A stretch of DNA of 64,000 nt. Origin: an uncultured Gammaproteobacteria bacterium (GTDB taxonomy: Bacteria > Pseudomonadota > Gammaproteobacteria > Pseudomonadales > Pseudohongiellaceae). Shown one piece after another: positions 1-9,156 of this stretch; the stretch's first letter is position 1; every line of letters starts with the position of its first letter. Both the position numbers and the translations under genes were made by a program. Under the pieces are notes generated by a model. It was not told the DNA's origin and searched no databases. It worked only from the letters and a program-made list of their open reading frames with translations. The stretch spans positions 4,092 through 68,091 of the forward strand of contig CAJXRP010000012.1 in the NCBI GenBank assembly GCA_913060495.1, read 5' to 3'.

Positions 1-93
1 ACCATCATCGTTAATCTCATCCCTGAGCTTGAGTAGTTCGTCATACTCGTCGCCCAGAATGATTTGCTTGATTCGACTAAGATCAGTATCCAC
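1..93 (-). CDS. hypothetical protein, N-terminal part only (runs off window)
   Basis: A minus-strand frame is open from about 120 to position 1, directly downstream of the 129-671 gene. The only candidate start is GTG at 93. The translation (M)DTDLSRIKQIILGDEYDELLKLRDEINDDG is charged and helical. No family recognised. Confidence 0.25.
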   Translation of the reverse strand, partial: MDTDLSRIKQIILGDEYDELLKLRDEINDDG

Positions 94-128
94 GATGTGG
101 TCTTCTAGTTGCAGTAATTGAAATGGAG

Positions 129-671
129 CTATGACTTCTTGTTTTTAGCAGAGGATTTTTCAGGCGCCAGTGATTCAGCCATACCCAAAAATAAAGTCGC
201 GAGAGAGACTCTGTCTGTCTTGGAGTTTAGCAGCTCGTTGTGAATCTCTTCTAGCTGCTTAGCCAAGTCCTCGTTCCAACTGGAAGCTCTGGATTCTAAC
301 GCTTCCAGTTCAGCAGACAATTCTTCGTGCATTTCGTTGCGACTGGCTTCGCTACTTTTATCAAGTGCAGTGATATCGGCATGGGCGGCATCAAATTTGC
401 GCTTAACGTCATCGGCTGTGTCTTTGGCCTGCTTCGCCAATGAGTCCTTGAGCTTTGCAATACTGTCTTCAACTCGCTTGATTTGCTTGTCGAAGTCTTT
501 CGTTAATCTATCGGCTGTAGCTTCAACCAGTTTTTCCAGCGCCTTGGACTTTTCCTTGGTTTCACGAACCTGTGCACCGAAGAGGATGTCTCGTACGGTA
601 TCTAGTTTGTCAGTCAGTTCATTCGACTCTTCCGCCTTCGAAGGCCCCGCTGGCTTTGCTTTACTATTCAT
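129..671 (-). CDS. hypothetical coiled-coil protein
   Basis: 180-aa ORF with an ATG start. It is Lys/Glu/Ala-rich with heptad-like repeats throughout (KDFDKQIKRVEDSIAKLKDSLAKQAKD). No family recognised. Confidence 0.6.
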   Translation of the reverse strand: MNSKAKPAGPSKAEESNELTDKLDTVRDILFGAQVRETKEKSKALEKLVEATADRLTKDFDKQIKRVEDSIAKLKDSLAKQAKDTADDVKRKFDAAHADITALDKSSEASRNEMHEELSAELEALESRASSWNEDLAKQLEEIHNELLNSKTDRVSLATLFLGMAESLAPEKSSAKNKKS

Positions 672-1038
672 GATGTTTCCGTTCTTCTTAAGACTGTGTA
701 TTGAGATTTCAAAAAGGGGGTAAATTCTGACTGTTTCAAAAGATTATTGCCATAGTCTTTTGTAAATATTGACCTTTTTTTTGGGTAAATTTGGGGTTAT
801 TCAAGCTGAATTGGTAAGTTCAGAAGAAAGAACCTCTAGTTCGAAAGGAGCGTAGCCCCGCAGACAGCCGAAGGGTGAGAAATTTGGCATAGCCAAATTA
901 CGAGTCATTCTCTCATGATATATCAAAGTACTCCGACCTCTTGATAACTATAATTAGATTCGCACACACTATTACTAGCTCCAATAGGCACAATTACTGT
1001 ATTTTGACCCCGATGCTTCATCTATTAGAGACCACGTC

Positions 1039-2325
1039 ATGCAAGTAATTCTAGATACCCTGCTAAGCCAAGAATCACTCGTCCAGTTAGGGCTGATCGC
1101 AATTTCTTTCCTAGCTGCAAAGATAGTGGCGTCCGGTATTCGCAGTCGCTTGCCCAGTTTGAAATCCAAGCCCAGCGAGGGAGCCAGTAACAGGCAAGTA
1201 ATAGTTTTTAAGCTGGGGCGCTACATTCAGCTGGCACTAAGTGTGGTGCTTCTAAAATTAGCGGTTGAATTGGCGCCGGTCACGATCGAGCCAGATTGGT
1301 TGATCAGTGTGGCGATTACTGGCGTCTTGCTGTTTGCTTTTGTCTCGTTCCTTAAGGACTTTATCGAGAACAGTTTGGCCTATAAAGCGATGCTTGTTAT
1401 CGGCGTACCATTGCTGTTGCTTCAGTCCTTGGGTGCTTTGCCCTACATTACGTCTGTACTTGAATCTATTTCGCTCGAGATAGGCAATATCAGAGTCAGC
1501 TTACTTGGAGTGTTGCGAGTAGCAATCTTCGGCTCATTCGTTTTCTGGCTTGCTCGTGTCTCTAATACGACTGGCCAGGAAGTAATTAGGAATCAAAAAT
1601 CCATAGATTTTCGGACCCGTGAAGTAGCTGCCAAGCTATTCGAAATCTGTATCGCCATTGCCGTCATTCTTGTATTGCTGCAGATAATGGGTATTAACTT
1701 GACTGCGCTGGCTGTATTCGGTGGAGCTTTGGGTGTTGGTTTAGGTTTCGGCTTGCAGTCCATCGCGTCAAATTTTATCTCCGGTCTAATTATTCTATTA
1801 GATAGATCTCTTTCAATCGGAGATTTCGTGGAATTGGAAGATGGTCGCTCCGGTTTTGTAACTGCTCTCAATATGCGCTCAACCACCTTAGAAACATTTG
1901 ACGGCAAAGATATTATGGTGCCGAACGAAATGTTCATTACCTCATCCTTCGTCAACTGTACCCGTAAGGATCAGAAACAGCGTTATCGCGTAGACTTTAG
2001 TGTTGCCTATGACTCAGACATACGGAAGCTCGTCGACCTTATTAAAGAAGCTGTGGCGACTCATCCCCAAGTTCTTAGCGGTGAAGAGTATCCGATAGAG
2101 GAGCGCCCAGATTGTGAGATAGATAGTTTCGGAGACTCGGGTGTTAATATGTTTGTCGAATTCTGGATTGAGGCTATTGATGATGGCAAGAACCGTGTGG
2201 GTGGTGACCTGCTGCTGATTATCTTTGAGACTATGCGAGAAAATGGCTTCACGATTCCATTTCCGCAGCGTGAAGTTCGAATTCTTAATGAAAACCATGG
2301 GGACACTGACAACTTAACAACTTAG
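1039..2325 (+). CDS. mechanosensitive ion channel (MscS family)
   Basis: 428 aa with several N-terminal TM helices. These are followed by the MscS pore/beta-domain signature GLGFGLQSIASNFISGLIILLDRSLSIGDFVEL...RSTTLETFDGKDIMVPN. Confidence 0.9.
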   Translation: MQVILDTLLSQESLVQLGLIAISFLAAKIVASGIRSRLPSLKSKPSEGASNRQVIVFKLGRYIQLALSVVLLKLAVELAPVTIEPDWLISVAITGVLLFAFVSFLKDFIENSLAYKAMLVIGVPLLLLQSLGALPYITSVLESISLEIGNIRVSLLGVLRVAIFGSFVFWLARVSNTTGQEVIRNQKSIDFRTREVAAKLFEICIAIAVILVLLQIMGINLTALAVFGGALGVGLGFGLQSIASNFISGLIILLDRSLSIGDFVELEDGRSGFVTALNMRSTTLETFDGKDIMVPNEMFITSSFVNCTRKDQKQRYRVDFSVAYDSDIRKLVDLIKEAVATHPQVLSGEEYPIEERPDCEIDSFGDSGVNMFVEFWIEAIDDGKNRVGGDLLLIIFETMRENGFTIPFPQREVRILNENHGDTDNLTT

Positions 2326-2384
2326 TCAGTTTTATTCTTGGTGCATGTCTGTTTAGAAAAGCCTACTTCTGAAGATATGCTGAG

Positions 2385-2552
2385 TTATGTTGCTACGTTG
2401 TCGGTGTCCCCGTTAGCATCCTCGCTAGCAGCTTGAGACTCCTGAGACTCACTTTCGTTTGCTTTCGCTTTTTGTAAGCGCTTCTCTTCTTTCTTTTTCT
2501 TTTTGGCTATTTCTCTTTGGCGTTTCTCGAAATTGTAATTGGGTTTAGCCAC
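2385..2552 (-). CDS. small Lys-rich protein (55 aa), below the ORF-track size cutoff
   Basis: GTG start at 2552, preceded by AGGTGA 6 nt upstream; TAA stop at 2385-2387. Translation: (M)AKPNYNFEKRQREIAKKKKKEEKRLQKAKANESESQESQAASEDANGDTDNVAT. The N-terminal AKPxYxFEKRQRE + poly-K pattern resembles, from memory, small conserved proteobacterial proteins. Confidence 0.55.
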   Translation of the reverse strand: MAKPNYNFEKRQREIAKKKKKEEKRLQKAKANESESQESQAASEDANGDTDNVAT

Positions 2553-2723
2553 TGGAATTCACCTTCATCTAGTTTTTGGTCAGAGTCCATAGGATACGGT
2601 ATTCTTAGACTAAATGCGCTCCCCTCGTTCAATAGGCTGTGCAGCCCAAAATTAGTAATCTATTAGCCTTGATGGGATACTCTTCTCTATTCAGACAGCT
2701 AGGCCTAAAAGAAAGGATAAATT

Positions 2724-3275
2724 GTGGAAGTTTTCGATGTGTTGATCTTAGGGGCGGAGCTGTCGATGGCGCTTGCAGGGTTCGCTGGCATTATTGCGAC
2801 TTTTCAGTTTCGTGATAGGGAAAAGATACGCCGGGCTGATGCTGTGGGCCTTAGCATTATCGTGGTTTATTCCCTTCTTGCAGCGCTGCAGTGTAGTGTC
2901 ATTCTGATATTGAGCGTCATTGGAATTTCTGAGCCGGCACTTTGGGCAACAGCTAGTGTGCTAGTCGCTTTCTTCAGCGCTTACAATCTGTACGGTTTTT
3001 CCAGGAATATGAAGGGGGCAATCAGAAACAAACGATTGCTTGGTGTCATGTGGATGACTCAGTGGGTAACTGTGGTGATATTTATCGTCAACATCCTCAA
3101 TGCAGCAGATACGGTTTTTCACAGAACCCCTGGCCCATTTTTAGTAGGAGTGGCTTGGGGATTGGGGCTTGCAGGCTGGATGTTTTCTCGGCTGTTACTC
3201 GTTCCTATCTGGCGAGCTCTCTACAAGCAAGAAGCCAGCAAGAAGACCATGAGCAAGGACGGCTTAGTTTCCTAA
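2724..3275 (+). CDS. hypothetical integral membrane protein
   Basis: 183 aa with a GTG start and AGGA 6 nt upstream. It has about 5 hydrophobic helices. No family recognised. Confidence 0.6.
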   Translation: MEVFDVLILGAELSMALAGFAGIIATFQFRDREKIRRADAVGLSIIVVYSLLAALQCSVILILSVIGISEPALWATASVLVAFFSAYNLYGFSRNMKGAIRNKRLLGVMWMTQWVTVVIFIVNILNAADTVFHRTPGPFLVGVAWGLGLAGWMFSRLLLVPIWRALYKQEASKKTMSKDGLVS

Positions 3276-3373
3276 ACTTCGAGCTTATGTGATTGCTGGC
3301 TATCAGGTGAAGATTCAACATAAGCTCGGGAAAAGCGAATTACCGAGGAGCACTATCAAACTGCTCTGCTTGA

Positions 3374-3580
3374 TCACAGTTTTTTTTCAACCATTGCTCT
3401 TATCAACTTCGCCTTCACGAAATGATCTAACTTGTGAGTTTGAATCCACCAAGTAGCAGCTTCCATAAGTAGCTCTGGATTATCATTTCGATTTGCGAAG
3501 AAGGCGTAGAAGGATACGCCGACATTGTCGCCCTTGCTCGCAATTTTCTTGTCGCAAATGTCGATGATCCTGCTTCTCAA
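3374..3580 (-). CDS. hypothetical small protein
   Basis: 68-aa ORF, 40 nt downstream of the acyl-CoA ligase gene. It has a TTG start only and a weak SD. No family recognised. Confidence 0.3.
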   Translation of the reverse strand: MRSRIIDICDKKIASKGDNVGVSFYAFFANRNDNPELLMEAATWWIQTHKLDHFVKAKLIRAMVEKKL

Positions 3581-3619
3581 TTCCGCCCTGATAATTAAAT
3601 CACTCCGCTGGCTACCTAT

Positions 3620-5266
3620 TTACGCTGTTGGAAACTGATAGTCCTCAAACGTTTTGCGTAAATCTATTTTGCTGATTTTTCCGGTTGCTGTGTGAGGCAG
3701 TTCATCGACGAATACGACATCATCCGGCCGGGCCATTTTATGCAACTTGTCCTCTAGAAATGTCAGCACATCTTCTCGACTCAAGGCCTTTCCTGGTTGT
3801 AGTACGACTATTAGCAGAGGGCGCTCAGTCCACTTGGGGTGATTCCGCCCAATGACTGCCGCTTCGGCGATGTCGGCATGATTGACCGCCGCATTTTCAA
3901 TTTCGATAGAGCTAATCCATTCGCCGCCAGACTTAATGACATCCTTGGTGCGATCTGTGATTTGCAGATAGCCTTGAGGTGTTATGGATGCAACATCGCC
4001 GGTTTGAAACCAGCCTTCTTCATCGACAGGGCAGTCATCGTCGCCCGGCACATCAGACAGTCCGTAGTAGCCTTTAGCCACCCAAGGGCCTCTTACTTTC
4101 AGTGCGCCGAAGGCAACGCCATCCCAGGGGAGTGTTTCATCGTTTTCACCAACAATTTTCATATCTATACCAAAAACGCCGCGCCCTTGCAGGCACTGCA
4201 AATCGGTAATCTGCTCGGTAGTATAATCTTCCATGCCTTTCTTCAAGGCGAAGACCGTTCCTAGGGGGCTGGTTTCTGTCATGCCCCATCCTTGCACTAC
4301 TGTGCAGTCGTGCTGTTCTCTGAAGCGCTCAATGATGATCCTTGGGCAGGCAGCACCGCCAACGCTAACCCGTGAAAGGCTGGGCACAGACTTCTTGTTG
4401 GCTTCTAGATAGTCGAGCAGGGCTAACCATATGGTGGGAACGCCAGAGCTAAAGGTGACCTCTTCGGCATTCATGAGATCACATAGGGTTTCGCCATCGG
4501 CCATTTTGGGCCCGGGCAATACCAATTTCATCCCTACCATCATCGCTGCATAAGGTGCTCCCCAAGCGTTGACATGAAACATCGGCACTACAGGCAAGCT
4601 AGTCTCTATATTCGATGCGCGGGTAACATCTGGTAGCGCCCCGGCTAGTGCATGAAGCAGTGTGGAGCGATGGCTGTACACGACGCCCTTGGGGTTGCCA
4701 GTTGTGCCCGAGGTGTAGCACATGCCGCTGGCTGTATTCTCATCAAACTGTGGCCAATCATAGTCATCAGACTGCGCGGCTAATACTTCCTCATAACATA
4801 CAACATTCGGTAGGCTGGACTCAGGCATATTCTCCTTAGTCGTGAGCACCACAATTGTCTCTACCTTCGATAAATGTTCTTTCAGTGCTTCCATTAGGGG
4901 CATGACCAAAACATCGACAAACAGAATCTTGTCGTCTGCATGATTGATTATATAGGCTACCTGTTCGGGGAATAGTTTGGGGTTGATGGTGTGGCATACC
5001 ATGCCGCTTCCGGAGACGGCGTAGTAGAGTTCCATATGGCGATGATCATTCCAGGCGAGAGTGCCGATTCTGTCGCCAAATTTTGCTCCAAGTGAATCCA
5101 GTACATTTGCTAGTTGCCGACAGCGTTTGCCGAATGTTTTGTTGTTTTGTCTATGTCGAGGGTTGTCGACAGTTACTGACACCATCTCCACGTCTGGGAA
5201 ATTGTACTCGGCATGTTTCAGTATCGACGAAATCATGAGTTGTGTGTTCATCATCAAAGCTTGCAT
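3620..5266 (-). CDS. AMP-dependent acyl-CoA synthetase (fatty-acid--CoA ligase)
   Basis: AMP-binding motif YTSGTTGNPKGV, plus GWGMTE and a C-terminal ..TATGKISK. I chose the ATG at 5266 (MQALMMNTQLMISS..) because AAGGAA lies 6 nt upstream; the ORF-track start at 5293 is a TTG. Confidence 0.9.
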   Translation of the reverse strand: MQALMMNTQLMISSILKHAEYNFPDVEMVSVTVDNPRHRQNNKTFGKRCRQLANVLDSLGAKFGDRIGTLAWNDHRHMELYYAVSGSGMVCHTINPKLFPEQVAYIINHADDKILFVDVLVMPLMEALKEHLSKVETIVVLTTKENMPESSLPNVVCYEEVLAAQSDDYDWPQFDENTASGMCYTSGTTGNPKGVVYSHRSTLLHALAGALPDVTRASNIETSLPVVPMFHVNAWGAPYAAMMVGMKLVLPGPKMADGETLCDLMNAEEVTFSSGVPTIWLALLDYLEANKKSVPSLSRVSVGGAACPRIIIERFREQHDCTVVQGWGMTETSPLGTVFALKKGMEDYTTEQITDLQCLQGRGVFGIDMKIVGENDETLPWDGVAFGALKVRGPWVAKGYYGLSDVPGDDDCPVDEEGWFQTGDVASITPQGYLQITDRTKDVIKSGGEWISSIEIENAAVNHADIAEAAVIGRNHPKWTERPLLIVVLQPGKALSREDVLTFLEDKLHKMARPDDVVFVDELPHTATGKISKIDLRKTFEDYQFPTA

Positions 5267-5349
5267 AAAGATTTCCTTAAGAGTTCCTTTCAAATTTTAA
5301 TATGGGGAGGAAGCCTGCGCTTCCACAAATTCTTGATTCTTTGTATGTT

Positions 5350-6450
5350 CTATTTGGGCGCTATATCGCACCCAGCCGCATCATCTACACAGCTAATGTC
5401 TGGCACCCGCTTGCCATCAACTAAGTCCTGCACCCAGTCGACAAAGCGTGTGTCTTCTACTTCGTATTCGTAGAATATATTACTTCGTAGAATTGTGTGC
5501 ACTGGTCCGCCAGCGGTGTAGCTGAAGAACTCATCAGTCGCGCCTTCGATTTCCTGATAGTTAGTCAATATTCTCATTGGCAGGCTAAAGCTTCCAGGGG
5601 CATCGCCAATTACATGCGTGAAACTTTTTTGAACCTCATCTTCTGCGGCATTGTATTGTGCTAGGCGCAGATTGGAATTGTGATTCTTGCTGGCAATGTA
5701 GAAGTCTTCGAAACTGAGAGAGTCATTTGTCTCTCCAGCGTATTCCTCCCAGTCGGGTAAAATTGACGCGCTGTCCCAAGCTGTTAGTGTCACTGGTAGC
5801 AGTGGCGTTCTATAACCGCCAGCAGCATCGGCTAAAACCACGACGGGTGATGTGGGGTAGTGCTCGGCAATGTGTCCTGCATAGAACGATGCAGCAATTG
5901 CCCCGGCGCTGCTACCTGCGACAACAATATTGTCTACGGCAGTGAAGTTTTCAAAGATCCAGTTGAGCGACGTCATGCTGTTCTCGAATCCATTATGGTG
6001 TGCGGTGTAGCTTGTTTGATTCCCCTGGGCGTTTTGGTATTCATAGTCCCGCTGCCCGCTGCCAATATGGACATCGCCGGTGCAATAGGGGACAAACACC
6101 ATGTCGTAGTCGGCAAAAGGGTTCTCGGTATTTTCGAGATCGAAGATGCCTTGGGATAGGCTAGGGTTGTTCGCATCCATATCGGCAAAAGGTGAGTGGA
6201 TATTTGGCTCACTGCTTAAATCGCATGCCTGACCGAACCAGCAAGCGCCTCCACCATTGAAGAAGATAAGCAAATTATCGCTGGCATTGGACGTCTTGGC
6301 GTTAAATTGAAACGGGGTGCCTGCAGAACACTGGCCATCGGTTTCTAGTGTGTTCCAGCCATCCTCGAGCCCGTCAGCAGACGGCAAATCAGTCTGCGCA
6401 GTTGCGGCTATTGGGAGCATCAATAAGAGTGTTATAACGAAAGATTTCAT
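5350..6450 (-). CDS. secreted pectin-acetylesterase-family (PAE/Notum-like) hydrolase
   Basis: Signal peptide MKSFVITLLLMLPIAATAQT. Motifs FFNGGGACW, VPYCTGDVH and AGSSAGA are typical of the PAE family. AGGAG SD is present. Confidence 0.8.
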   Translation of the reverse strand: MKSFVITLLLMLPIAATAQTDLPSADGLEDGWNTLETDGQCSAGTPFQFNAKTSNASDNLLIFFNGGGACWFGQACDLSSEPNIHSPFADMDANNPSLSQGIFDLENTENPFADYDMVFVPYCTGDVHIGSGQRDYEYQNAQGNQTSYTAHHNGFENSMTSLNWIFENFTAVDNIVVAGSSAGAIAASFYAGHIAEHYPTSPVVVLADAAGGYRTPLLPVTLTAWDSASILPDWEEYAGETNDSLSFEDFYIASKNHNSNLRLAQYNAAEDEVQKSFTHVIGDAPGSFSLPMRILTNYQEIEGATDEFFSYTAGGPVHTILRSNIFYEYEVEDTRFVDWVQDLVDGKRVPDISCVDDAAGCDIAPK

Positions 6451-6681
6451 GATGCATCTCCTGAATTTGCCGGAATTATGCCGCCAGCTGATTAGCTTAT
6501 TGGTTTAGCTTCTATGGTTGCAGCTGATTAAAGACTATAAGTAATTCTGCGAGAGGAATCAAAGGAATCGGTGGTGTCAGAGCGCCTTGATTCCCAGAAA
6601 AATGTGGATCAAATAATGCCTGCTACGTTACTCTAGTCTTTGATGCCGTTGATTCCTTAATTACTGATTATGGAGATGAAT

Positions 6682-7473
6682 ATGAGCAAGAATAATCCCT
6701 CTGCCCAGCCCTTGGTTGATGCTGAGGCTCTGAGAGATCAAGTCAAACTAAAATACCGTGATGTGGCTACTAACCCTGAGCAGGATTTTCATTTCCACAC
6801 AGGGCGAATGTTGGCGCAGCGCTTAGGGTATGGCGAAGCCATTACTTCTCAACTGCCGGATCATGCGGTGGAGTCTTTCGCAGGTGTAGCGAATCCATTT
6901 TCACTGCGTGATTTGCAGAGCGGGGAAAAAGTAGTAGATCTAGGCTCCGGTGCGGGGTTTGATTGTTTCGTTGCAGCGGCTCTAGTTGGAGACGAGGGCC
7001 AAGTTGTCGGCGTTGACATGACCCCGGAGATGTTGGGTAAGGCGGAAACTTTAGCGGATGGTATGAATTTGAGTAATGTCGAATTCCGAAATGGCTTGCT
7101 TGAAAAACTGCCAGTTGACGATGCCTGGGCAGATGTTGCTATAAGCAATGGTGTGATTAATCTGTGTTCCGACAAGCAAGAGGCCATGGCAGAAATTTAT
7201 CGGATTCTTAAGCCCGGAGGTTATTTGCAGTTTGCAGATATCGCCAATAGCAAGCCTGTACCGCAGTCGGCAATTGAGAATATCGATCTCTGGACTGCTT
7301 GAATCGCCGGTGGCCTGCCGTGTGCAGGCTGGGAGAAGATGTTGAGGGATGCGGGTTTTGTGGATATCCAGATTGGACCCGGAATTGATACGTTTGGCGG
7401 GGCATCGGGAGAGTCTAATGCTAGACAGTTCGGTGTGCTTGGTTATGCGTTTTTGGCAAGAAAGCCGAAGTGA
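6682..7473 (+). CDS. ArsM/UbiE-like SAM-dependent methyltransferase with in-frame UGA (7300-7302): candidate selenoprotein, or a nonsense pseudogene
   Basis: SAM motif VVDLGSGAGFDCF..VVGVDMTPEML. The ORF-track frame stops at ..NIDLWTA(TGA) and continues in the same frame for 56 codons (IAGGLPCAGWEKMLRDAGFVDIQIG..ARKPK) to TGA 7471-7473. The likely start is ATG 6682 (GGAGA SD); ATG 6670 is also possible. Confidence 0.55.
7313..7329 (+). promoter_or_regulatory. SECIS-like hairpin downstream of the in-frame UGA
   Basis: GCCTGC-CGTGT-GCAGGC: a perfect 6-bp stem and a 5-nt loop containing GU. It starts at the 11th nt after the UGA. Confidence 0.35.
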
Positions 7474-7548
7474 CGAATTGTAGATGAAAGCATCGGGGCC
7501 GGCGCGTCAAATTTTCTTCTCTCCGCCCCGTAATTTTACTGAGTGCTG

Positions 7549-8391
7549 TTACCAATCTCTTGGGTCAAGCTTGTAATAGTCTTGTAGTTGTTGGTACAGC
7601 TCCTGGTGATAAGCCGCCATCTCCTTCGGCCGCTCAAAGAAAGTCTCAGTAGCTACAGCAAAAAACTCCGCAGGGTTCGTGGCGCCGTATTGATCCATTA
7701 GGCTATGTCTTCCGCGTACCGCGTCTTTTTGTAACTCTTCAAACTCTTCGCTAAATACATGGGCCCAACTTTTATAAGCGCCGTGTGTATTTAGCACTGG
7801 AGCGCCATTGGTTGACCCTGACTCGTGATCTAGCTGATGTGCAAATTCGTGCAGCACAACATTGTGTCCATCTTGTAAATTCATGACGCCTTTCTGCACA
7901 TTGTCCCAGGCAAGCACGACTTTTCCCTGACTCCAAGACTCTCCCAGCATGGCGATGTGATTCGTGGAAACAAGCCCTAGCTCGTTTGCCACTTCGCGTG
8001 TCGCCACAAAGGTGGAGGGATAGACAAGAATGGATTCCAGATCAGGGTAGGGCGTGCGCCCCTGGTTTAAAATCAGTAAGCAGGCTTGTGCCGCGACAGT
8101 CACCCGTATGTCATCGTCAATTTCCTGGCCAGCACAGCCATAGAATGTCTTATCAGCAAGGAAAACCTTGATAAGTAGCTGTAATTGCTCCTGTTTTTCG
8201 AGGGGAATCTTCGCGATAAAAGGCAATCTATCGTTAAGCGTCTTTTTCCACAGTTCAGGAAAAGTCTGTCCTTCAATGTGCGAGAGACGTATACGGGGCC
8301 AGAATACGACGCGAAAAATAACCGCTACTAAAATAAATAGCAGAACTAGTAGCGAGATAATGGCTTGAGTAGTCACGCGCCATAATAACAA
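7549..8391 (-). CDS. zinc metallopeptidase, MtfA/M90-like, with N-terminal TM helix
   Basis: Has HEFAHQLDHESG (HExxH), a downstream ..NPAEFFAVATETFFERP motif typical of the MtfA family, and an N-terminal hydrophobic helix. The start is uncertain (TTG 8391 or an in-frame GTG 15 nt downstream). Confidence 0.8.
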   Translation of the reverse strand: MLLWRVTTQAIISLLVLLFILVAVIFRVVFWPRIRLSHIEGQTFPELWKKTLNDRLPFIAKIPLEKQEQLQLLIKVFLADKTFYGCAGQEIDDDIRVTVAAQACLLILNQGRTPYPDLESILVYPSTFVATREVANELGLVSTNHIAMLGESWSQGKVVLAWDNVQKGVMNLQDGHNVVLHEFAHQLDHESGSTNGAPVLNTHGAYKSWAHVFSEEFEELQKDAVRGRHSLMDQYGATNPAEFFAVATETFFERPKEMAAYHQELYQQLQDYYKLDPRDW

Positions 8392-8446
8392 GTCGTGGTG
8401 TGATAATGCATGCTCTTTGCATGCTATGCCTGTCTGACAGCTATGA

Positions 8447-8716
8447 CTAGAGTGGAGTCGGCACCGAAGAGCTCGAACTTGGTGTATTCAAAGATCTGGT
8501 GCGTCCTTCGAATAAGTCTTGATAGGTCATACATTCTCGACGGCGAATATGACTGCCTACGCTGACCTCTTCTGTGCAGTACACACGATCTAAATATTCA
8601 ACCGTTCGGTTATAGGCGATGACCTCTGCTGGAGTCATGTTGTTGATCCTATTGCTTGGGGCTGCGCAGCACGCGAGAGCGATCAGAATAAGGAATACGC
8701 CACTTAAGTTTTTCAT
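8447..8716 (-). CDS. hypothetical lipoprotein
   Basis: ATG at 8716 with AAGGG SD. MKNLSGVFLILIALACCAAP carries a lipobox-like LIALAC. 89 aa; no family recognised. Confidence 0.6.
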   Translation of the reverse strand: MKNLSGVFLILIALACCAAPSNRINNMTPAEVIAYNRTVEYLDRVYCTEEVSVGSHIRRRECMTYQDLFEGRTRSLNTPSSSSSVPTPL

Positions 8717-8776
8717 TAAATACCCTTGCGAATAGAATATCACTTATTAGACCCTCGTTAGAGAGGGCTCAAATCG

Positions 8777-9028
8777 TTACGCTACAAGCGCATCGAATTC
8801 ACCGCTGGCGGTGCTCGCTAATAACTCCTGATAGCCGCCTATCGACTTATCGCCTACGAAGATCTGCGGTACCGTGCGTTGCCCGGACTTCTGCATGATT
8901 TCTAGCATGAGTTCCTGGTTGCCTTGCATATTAATCTCTTCGAATTCGTAATCCTTGCTTTCTAAGAGGTTTTTCGCTGCAGTGCAGTAGGCGCAGTAAG
9001 TTGAGGTGTAAATAGTAATTGTAGTCAT
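8777..9028 (-). CDS. grxC: glutaredoxin (Grx3-like)
   Basis: 83 aa. Has IYTSTYCAYCTAAKNLL (a CxxC site, CAYC variant), TVPQIFVGDKSIGGYQEL, and typical glutaredoxin length. Confidence 0.85.
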   Translation of the reverse strand: MTTITIYTSTYCAYCTAAKNLLESKDYEFEEINMQGNQELMLEIMQKSGQRTVPQIFVGDKSIGGYQELLASTASGEFDALVA

Positions 9029-9061
9029 GGGTAGATAATACGTCTAAATAGGTGGTTGGGG

Positions 9062-9094
9062 AATAAAAAAGGGACGCACTTGTGCGTCCCTTTT
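9062..9094 (-). terminator. rho-independent terminator of the TonB-dependent receptor gene
   Basis: On the minus strand: GGGACGCA-CAAG-TGCGTCCC (8-bp stem, 9071-9090) followed by TTTTTTATT. Confidence 0.7.
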
Positions 9095-9156
9095 CTGTAC
9101 TACTTCTAAAATTTGATAGATCTAAGCCCGAAGGCTTAGATCAGATTATCAAATCC

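Noticed and set aside
7474-7548. GC-rich arms (CGGGGC ... GCCCCG) between the convergent methyltransferase and MtfA-like genes, considered as a terminator.
   Set aside because: The stem is only 6 bp, the loop is about 22 nt, and there is no clear U-run. It is too weak to call.
8777-9028. Glutaredoxin active site CAYC instead of the common CPYC.
   Set aside because: It is a variant of the CxxC motif within normal family variability. It is not evidence of anything unusual without comparison data.
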